NCBI GenBank assembly: GCA_951406725.2
Contig: OX597821.1
Location: 22,940,001-23,004,000, forward strand
DNA length: 64,000 nucleotides
Source: Octopus vulgaris
Lineage: Eukaryota
Reading direction: 5' to 3'
Shown: positions 55,444 through 64,000 of the stretch, one piece after another
How positions within the stretch are numbered: the first letter of the stretch is position 1
How the letters are laid out: every line of letters begins with the position of its first letter
The notes under the pieces: generated by a model
What the model was told of the DNA's origin: nothing
Databases searched by the model: none
The model's input: only the letters and a program-made list of their open reading frames with translations
Position numbers and translations under genes: made by a program

Positions 55444-56217
55444 TTTGCTCCTGAAAACTGGAGGTCATGGAGCTGCAAAATGTGGGAGTTGAGGTGGGTG
55501 TCTTAATGTCAACCAGAGAAGTTAAGTTGTTGAAAATCTTTTTAACTTGGGTCTTATATGTATTGTTCGAATTTCTTTGAAATAGGAAATATATGTATGT
55601 TCACTGGGTTTGTAAAAGAGAGCAAAGCTACAGGAAACCAAAAGACGAATGATCCCAATAAGCAGTCAGCTACCCTACCCTAGTCGTTACTACTCCCCAA
55701 TGTAGGATTCCTCACCATACAGGTGACAGTCACAGCTGTAAGCTGCATTACGGATGTATAGCAATTAGAAGGGCGTGACCCAATTCAAACATTAACAAAT
55801 GTGTGACGTGAGGCCTAAGGGGGAACGAAAATGTCACCTCTGGAGTTTGCAAATGACCACTATACCGATAGGTAAGTGGACAGAATAAATTTACAATCTA
55901 TAAATGCTTATCAATAACCAGTCACTAATCTGGGAAGGCCTTGAAATCAATGTTACCATTAGGGGACTATGTGTGACCCAGTGATAATAAAAAGACTCAA
56001 AGAGGTCTGCAACGAAATAAATTTACTGAACACTTGCAACTGAATCAGTGGAGGCAAAGATGCCTCTCATTTACTTTGCTCCTGAAAACTGGAGGTCATG
56101 GAGCTGCAAAATGTGGGAGTTAAGGCCCCTATTTGAGGTGGGTGTCTTAATGTCAACCAGAGAAGTTAAGTTGTTGAAAATCTTTTTAACTTGGGTCTTA
56201 TATGTATTGTTCGAATT
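55444..56217. repeat. ~130-bp near-identical direct repeat pair
   Basis: 55444-55573 vs 56074-56217, identical apart from a ~13-bp indel. Confidence 0.85.
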
Positions 56218-57398
56218 ATATGTATTGTTCTAATTCACATTGCAATTCACATTGCAGAAATCACAATCTAAGTATATCTCAAAGCAAGCTCTTAAACTGT
56301 TGTACCATTGAAATACAAATAACGCTCATCTTTTATGCTCGGGTGGCCCTACCGCTTCCAAGAGTGCAACTGCATTCGTCTTTGCTTAGATAAAATGACT
56401 AAATTCAAACCAAACATACTGCATTATACCCGCCCTTATGCATTGAATCTAAGTTCCAAATATCATGAGGATCCATTCATTAATTTTGGTCCATGAAATT
56501 GTATGAAACACGCAGCATTACCCTTCTCCCTAGGCTTGGATTTTGTGTTCCAAATTTCATTATGACCGGTAAATTTGGTTTTCGAATGTATAAGTAACAC
56601 ACGAACACATAAAGACATTGACTTGGATGAAATAGATATGAATATGCACATATACATACATGTATGAGTGTGTATTATATATATACACACACACATACAC
56701 AAAAAGATACATTGACAGATACAGTTGAGTGGGCAATCAAAAAAATGAAACACTGCCTAGTGCTTTTTTTTATTTTGATAAGCCTGGTACTTATTCTATC
56801 AGTTTCTTCTTGTCAAACCAGTAAGTTTTGAGGATGTAAATAAACGAACAGCAGTTGTGAAGCAGTGATGAGTGAAAAACACAGAGATAAAGACACATAC
56901 TAACACTTACATATATACATACATATATACACGATTGATTTCTTTCAGTTTCTGTCTACGAAATCCACTTACAAAGCTTTGGTTGGTCTGAGGCTATAAG
57001 CAGAAGACACATGCCAAGTCACCACACAGTGGGACTGAACCCAGGACCATGTGTTTTGGAACCAAGTTTCTTACCGCACAGCCACACCTGCACCTATGCA
57101 TATGTGTGTGCGTGTATGTGTGTGTATGGGTGTATATATGTATGCATGTATATATGTGAATATATATGTGTACATATTACATGTACATCTATATCTATAC
57201 ATCTACACATATACATGTATACATATACATCTATATCTATATATAAACATCTATACATATACTTGTATACATATACATCTATATATCGATATATATACAT
57301 GTATACACATATACATATATATATATACATTTGTGCAGATTTTTACACACACACGCACACACACATATAATATATATATATATATGTGTGTGTGTGTG

Positions 57399-57440
<42 letters not shown>

Positions 57441-57905
57441 CATGTAATAGTTTCAGTATTAAAGTGAAAATATCTGACATAACAAGAGAGAGATGTTATT
57501 CTTTCACTTTTGACACGTAATACTGAAATAGTAGAGAAGATATGATATTACTCGGGGCTCGCACTAGGCAAGAAGTTAAAAAAATTTTTGGCCTATGATA
57601 CTACATGGACCCTAAGTAAGGCACATGTAAAATTTGAATGAAATTGGTTGTGTAGTTCTCAACTTTTAGGGATTCACATAGACACTCAGACACACATTCT
57701 CATCTTTATATATACGCGCAGGAGTGACTGTGTGGTAAGTAGCTTGCTTACCAACCACATGGATCCGGGTTCAGTCCCACTGTGTGGCATGTTGGGCAAG
57801 TGTCTTCTGCTATAGCCTCAGGCCGACCAAAACCTTGTGAGTAGATTTGGTAGACGGAAACTGAAAGGAGCCCGTCGTATATATGTATATGTGTATATAT
57901 ATATA

Positions 57906-58275
57906 CTAGCAGTATCGCCCGGCGTTGCTCAGGTTTGTAAGGGAAATAACTATAAAGCATTTTTAGAGAGTTATAGCCAAAAAATAGCAAAAAAATGGGA
58001 AAAAATGATGGTAAATTTTTTTTGAGAGTAAAAAAAGGTGGAGTTGCGTCCCCTAGACAGTTTGCGGTTTGTGTTTCTGATTCTCGACCCCATGTTGAAT
58101 TTATCGATTTTTTTCAGAACTGGGGGAACTTTTCAAAATTTTCGCTGCGTTAGTTTTGAATTATGACATTGGGCTATGTGTGTGTCAAGTTTCATCAGAA
58201 TCGGTTGAAAGCCGTGGTCAGGGTGAGGGTACAAGCAAACAGACACACAGAAACACGCACAGACAAACTGCCGTT

Positions 58276-58290
<15 letters not shown>
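57906..58290 (-). mobile_element. Non-autonomous Helitron-like element
   Basis: Minus-strand 3' end CCTGAGCAACGCCGGGCGATACTGCTAG|T (hairpin plus CTAG); inserted into the (TA)n of SINE A at 57716-57900. Confidence 0.75.
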
Positions 58291-58357
<67 letters not shown>

Positions 58358-59220
58358 TGAGTGTGTGTGTGTGTGCGTGTGTGGGTGCGTGTGTGTGTAA
58401 TTCAAAATATAAAATATAATAAACAATAATAAACCATAATATAAACATGGCTATGTGGTAAGAAGCTTGCTTCCGAAATACATGGTTCCGAGTTCAGTCC
58501 CAGTGCGTGGCACCCTGGGCAAGTGTCTGCTACTATAGCCTCGGACCGACCAAAGCCCTGTGAGTGGATTTGGCAGACGGAAACCTTTCAGTTTCCGTCT
58601 ACCAAATAAGAAGCCCGTCGTATATCTAAATGAATATATTTATGTGTTTGTCTTCTCACCGTCCTTGTAACTTAGCGTTTCAGCAAAAGAACCGATAAAA
58701 TAAGTACTAGGCTTACAAAGAATAAGTCCTGGAGTCGATTTGTTCAACTAAAACCCTTCAAGGCGCTGCTCCAGTATGACCGCAGTCAAATGACTGAAGT
58801 ATGGAGTTGTGTCCTTGAGCAATACACTTTATTTCATGGGTTAAAATGAGTTGCACCTGTATTTCAATGTCACATTCTCTGTCCTGCTGAACTACATCAA
58901 AGGCACGCGTGTCTGCGGAGTACTCAGCCACTTGCACGTTAATCTCACGTGCAGCTGTTCAATTGATCGACTCAACTGGGACTCATCGTCCTCGTAACTG
59001 ACGGAGTGCCTGTTTTTATATCGACTGCAGCACAACAGTTGGGTAAGGGATCACCTTGACCACCTTGATGATCAAGGTGATCCAGGGTCTGTTTCGTTTT
59101 TCATTGGCCCTAGCAGGACGCAGTCCTTCTGGATCAGGAGGACTGCGTCATCATCAAAATATTGTCGTATTTTGTATGCTGTGTATACCTGCCTTCCATT
59201 ATCGTTTCTTTCCTCATCTA

Positions 59221-59840
59221 CTCTTTTACTCTTTTACTTGTTTCAGTCATGTGATTGTGGCCATGCTGGAGCACCGCCTTTAGTCGAGCAAATCGACCCC
59301 GGGACTTATTCTTTGTAAGCCCAGTACTTTTTCTATCGGTCTCCTTTTGCCGAACCGCTAAGTAACGGGGACATAAACACACCAGCATCGGTTGTCAATC
59401 AATGCTAGGGGGACAAACCCAGACACACAAACACGCACACACATATATATATATATATACATATATACGACAGGCTTCTTTCAGTTTCCGTCTACCAAAT
59501 CCACTCACAAGGCAATGGTCGGCCCGGGGCTATAGCAGAAGACACTTGCCCAAGATGCCACGCTGTGGGACTGAACCCGGAATCATGTGGTTGGTTAGCA
59601 AGCTACATACCACACAGCCACTCCTGCGCCTTGTTCAAAGCATTTTCATAATCGCTTCACAATCGATGCTGGTGTGTTTATGTCCCCGTCACTTAGCGGT
59701 TCGGCAAAAGGGACGATAAAATAAGTACTGGGCTTACAAAGAATAAGTCCCGGGGTCGAGTTGCTCGATTAAAGGTGGTACTCCAGCATGGCCGCAGTCA
59801 AATGACTGAAGCAAGTAAAAGAGTAGAGAGAGTAAAGAGT
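59221..59840. mobile_element. SINE A (-) abutting an inverted SINE A 3' half (+)
   Basis: 59221-59630 minus; 59660-59840 plus. Confidence 0.85.
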
Positions 59841-60094
59841 ATACGTACATACATTTTTACATACAGCCTCACATTCAAAACTTTAAACACAACGAACTCA
59901 CACCCACCCACACCTCCACGGTCATTAACACACACACATCCACGCTTCAAACACTAATAAACAAACCCAAACACACATGCAGACTCATGTAAACACATTC
60001 ATACACGTACCAACTGCACACCCATTAACCTCCTACATATTCACACACATTTAGACTCGCATGTACGCATGCACGCACATGCGCGCGCACACAA

Positions 60095-60126
<32 letters not shown>

Positions 60127-60502
60127 ATGCTCATACACATACGCATACGTACATAAATGCTTCTATGTGTGCAACCAATTATGATAGTGCTATGCCCACT
60201 TGAGATGTATGTGTATGTATGAGTGTAACAGTGAGAATCTGAGTGCGTGTATGTGTGTGTGTGTGCGTGCGTGTGTGTGTGTGTGTGTGTGTGTTTGTGG
60301 TCGTGAGTGTAGCACTTCACAATTTTATGTACAAAATAAATTACACTTGCATACATACATACATACATACATACATACATACATACATACATACATACAT
60401 ACATACATACATACATACATACATGCATGCATGCATACATACATACATACACACACACACACATACATACATTGAAGGGTTAAATATACACTTATATATA
60501 TA

Positions 60503-61761
60503 CTAGCTTTAGGTGACCCACTCTACGCGTAGGTGAGGGTGTGGTTGTTACTTTCTGTTGCTTCCTTTCTGTTTCTTATCGCCACATTCTCCCTCTTTGT
60601 TTCTCTCTCCTTTCTCATTTTCCCACTCTCATACTCTTCCTTTCTCTCGGACTTTCCCTCGCTTTCTCTTACTCTTTATCTTTATCTATCTATCTCTCTG
60701 CGATATATATAAACAATTTGATTTCCGCGTTTAAATTACAAATCCGCTTCCACTTTACCATGTTGAAAATTTGATTGAAATCGGGCAAAAGGTGTCCGAT
60801 CTAGACCACCAAGTGTCCCCCAAAATCAATAAAATCCAAGTTTTCACACCAAAGCAACCACTGTAGAGCCACAAAACGTCTTCCAATCAATTTCCCCCCT
60901 CAAGTTACCCCCTCCTGTAAATTTGAATCCCCTTCCAGCCCCATCTAGACCCCTTTTTACATAAAAATCCAATTTGTGCCTACGTTCGCCTTCTTCATTT
61001 TATAGATAGGATTAAATGCCAATCGCGCCTATATGGAGGGGCTTAGAGCCCCCTTGAATCTTCTCACCATAGCAACCGCAAATTTCCAGATGGCGAGTTT
61101 TAACCTACTCAACTCTCTGCCTCATCACGTCTTCTATGCTTGTGTCAATTTTCAGCTCGATCTGACCACTGGTGTGGCAGCCAACCTCTGACGTAGCAAA
61201 ACGTGCACACAATTTTGACCCAAAGCCTCTTTTATATATATAGATAGCAGAGAAACCCGGTCTTGCTCGGGATTAAAATAGTTTATCATTATTTTATTTC
61301 TTTCGGTTTTATAACTCGATTTCATTCGGGTCTACACGGGCCACACTTTAAAGATGATGAATTTTGCCCTAGAGGCCACACCTTTCAATTGAGTAAACTC
61401 GCCAGGGCTTTTAACATAGGTGTGCACATTTTCAATTGAATCCTACCATATATACTAACACTTTTATCTGTATAACTGCTTGTGAGACAACGTCTGCCCT
61501 TTTCACAAATATGTAGTAGACCTACGGAGATACCCAACCTTACTTGGGATTAAAATGGCATAGTTTTTCATTGTTTTACTTGTTTGGTTACTATAAGCCG
61601 ATTTCTTTTGGGTGTAATCGGGTCACATTTTAAAAGATGAGGAATTTTCTCCAAGAGGTCACGCCTTTCATTTGAGGAAAAAAATAGTTGCCATGCAAAC
61701 TCACCAGCACTTTTAACATAGATGTGCATATTTTCAGCTCAACCGACCACATAATGCACAC

Positions 61762-61822
<61 letters not shown>

Positions 61823-61920
61823 GCATTAAATATGTATATGTACATATATACGCATTATATGTGTGTGTGTCCCCGCATTATATATACAAATGTATACAAA
61901 TTATATATATATATATATAT
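60503..61920 (-). mobile_element. Tandem non-autonomous Helitron-like elements
   Basis: CTAG end at 60503 with hairpin; second terminus near 61245 (TAGCAGAGAAACCCGGTCTTGCTCGGG); shares blocks with 6540-6860. Confidence 0.6.
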
Positions 61921-62124
61921 ATATGAGAATTATATATAACAAGAGCACTATGAAGTACCAGCTTTGCTAAAAATAGTGATATTTGCAGAGGTAAGACGCA
62001 ATTCTTATTCACTTAGTTTTTTTTACAACCTTGCCTGTGAAAATCTAGTGTTAATTTTTGTGACTCCTATTTCTATCAAAGCTTGTGCTTCATAGCGCTT
62101 TTGTTATATATATAATTCTTATAT
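61921..62124. repeat. MITE-like inverted repeat, ~55-bp arms
   Basis: GAATTATATATAACAAGAGCACTATGAAG..AGCTTTG vs CAAAGCTTGTGCTTCATAGCGCTTTTGTTATATATATAATTC. Confidence 0.65.
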
Positions 62125-62206
62125 ATATATCTATATATAAAGGCGGTGCTCCAGCATGGCCGCAGTCAAATGACTGAAACAAGTAAAAGAGAGTAAAAGA
62201 GTATAT

Positions 62207-63015
62207 CAGAGGCGACTTCAGGTCATCAGCGTTACTCGGGCTCATCACAGACTTCGCAGAAGATACATACCTGCTCGAAGAATTTCACATTTTTCCGAAA
62301 TATTTCGAGCCCCAAATGGCTTTTTTTTTATATCTAGCCCTATGTTTTTCTCCATTTCTAAGTTAAGGGTAAAAATAAAACAACCCTGCGAAACACAACT
62401 TATCTTTACACACAGACACACAGAATAACAGCTATCAAATAACGACAGCAGTGTGCACAACAGCCATCGGCGATCTGATTGTCGCCTGTACTCTTGACAA
62501 GAGATGCCAGTTAGTCTTTTACACCTCCAGGCTCGTTCATATTAGCCCGAATGGCTGGATAGTTTTTCGCTCCTTTAAGAATATTGTACAACGGAAACTT
62601 GTCACAGATTGGAATTTAAATCCTAATCTCTACAGAAATTTATTGTTTCAAGAAAACATTGAATTTGAATTACTTTTAATTTTTACGATTATAGATAAAA
62701 GCTCAGACTGTAACTTCTGAGTCCGAGTTAAGCGCGTGTGAACGATGCCGAGAGAACGTCTGCTACGAATGATATTTTTTGACACAGGGCACCTCTAAGA
62801 CGAACACTGAACAAAAATAAATGAACTGCAGCCAGACACTGAACAAAATAAATGAATGCAACTAGGCTCAATAAAAGGAGCCCAGTTTATTGGCTGCAAT
62901 TACATATCTGAAGTCAGTGTTGGCAGAAATTAAATCAGCTTCCAAATACACGTTTATTTTATAAAATTTATACTCGGGCTAAGCCCGAACAGCCCTACTG
63001 TCGGAGTCACCACTG
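62207..63015. mobile_element. Probable hAT-like non-autonomous element
   Basis: Termini CAGAGGCGACTTC / GGAGTCACCACTG; subterminal TACTCGGGCT motifs near both ends. Confidence 0.45.
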
Positions 63016-63101
<86 letters not shown>

Positions 63102-63103
<2 letters not shown>

Positions 63104-63470
63104 TATTCTTTTACATGCTTCAGTCATTTGACTGCGGTTACACTGGAGCAGCGCCTTGAAGGGTTTTTAGTCGAACAAATCGACCCCAGGACTTATTCTT
63201 TGTAAGCCTAGTACTTATTCAATCGGTTCTTTTGCTGAATCACTAAGTTACAAGGACGTAAGCACACCAACATTGGTTATCAAGTTATTGTGAATGGACA
63301 AACACATAAATATATTTATATAGATATACGACAGGTTTCTTTCAGGTTCCATCTACCAAATCCACTCACAGGGCTTTGGCCAGTCCGAGGCTATTGTTGA
63401 AGACACTTGCCCAAGGTGCCACGCATTGAGACTGAACCCGGAACCATGTGTTTGGGAAGCAAGCTTCTTA

Positions 63471-63478
<8 letters not shown>
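63102..63478 (-). mobile_element. SINE family A, diverged
   Basis: Family consensus. Confidence 0.8.
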
Positions 63479-63529
<51 letters not shown>

Positions 63530-63530
<1 letters not shown>

Positions 63531-64000
63531 TATGGATGCAACTACCATCCCATAGCATACCTAAACATAATCTGGAAGATACTCACTGGAATATGTGCGG
63601 TGAAGACAAACGCTTTCCTGGCACAGGAAGAAATACTACTAAGGGAACAAAAAGGATGCAGAAAGAGTTCTCAGGGTAGCAAGGATCACCCGGTCATCGA
63701 TAAAACAGTTTTGAGGCATTGTAAAAACCATCATACAAATATGTCTATAGCTTGGATTGACTTTAAGAAGGCAAATGATGTTTCCTCATTCTTGGATCGT
63801 TGAATGCCGGCAGATGTTTGGTGTTCCTGACAACATCACAAATTTTCTGATGCATAGCATGAAAGAGAGGAAAACCAAATTGTACTGAAGTAATGTATTC
63901 CTTGGAGAAGTTAAAAGGGAAATCTTCCAAATGACTCGTTTTCTCCGTTACTTTTTGTAATTGCACTAATACCCATAACAATGACACTTAGGAAAGTTAA
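63530..64000 (+). pseudogene. R4/Dong-type LINE reverse transcriptase relic, runs off window
   Basis: NYHPIAYLNIIWKILTG, EQKGCRKSSQGSKDH.VIDK, AWIDFKKA.D..PHSWI. Confidence 0.85.

Overview
Repeat-saturated, AT-rich eukaryotic DNA with no intact host protein-coding gene. The repeat repertoire (tRNA-derived SINEs with internal microsatellites, Nin-domain SINEs, RTE LINEs with (ATG)n tails, very dense (AT)n/(AC)n/(ATGT)n) suggests an Octopus genome; this is an inference from recognition, not a search. The one clear gene is tRNA-Ile(AAT) at 39442-39515 (-). The rest is roughly 40 SINE copies, two RTE LINE relics with a PHD-type finger inside the RT, relics of Tc1, rosa/DD41D, mariner, Merlin, hAT, Helitron, Gypsy and R4/Dong, and several long palindromic MITEs. 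Most notable are several type I hammerhead ribozyme motifs. Two sit in ~200-nt elements (16546-16739 and ~39750-39972) that differ in sequence but share a covarying multi-hairpin architecture. The first is a circularly permuted monomer between 8-bp direct repeats, as expected for a retrozyme-like circular RNA that was reverse-transcribed and inserted. Also notable is a Merlin transposase interrupted by two nested Merlin-type MITEs carrying TTAGGG repeats. Coordinates were read by eye; ends of decayed repeats are approximate.
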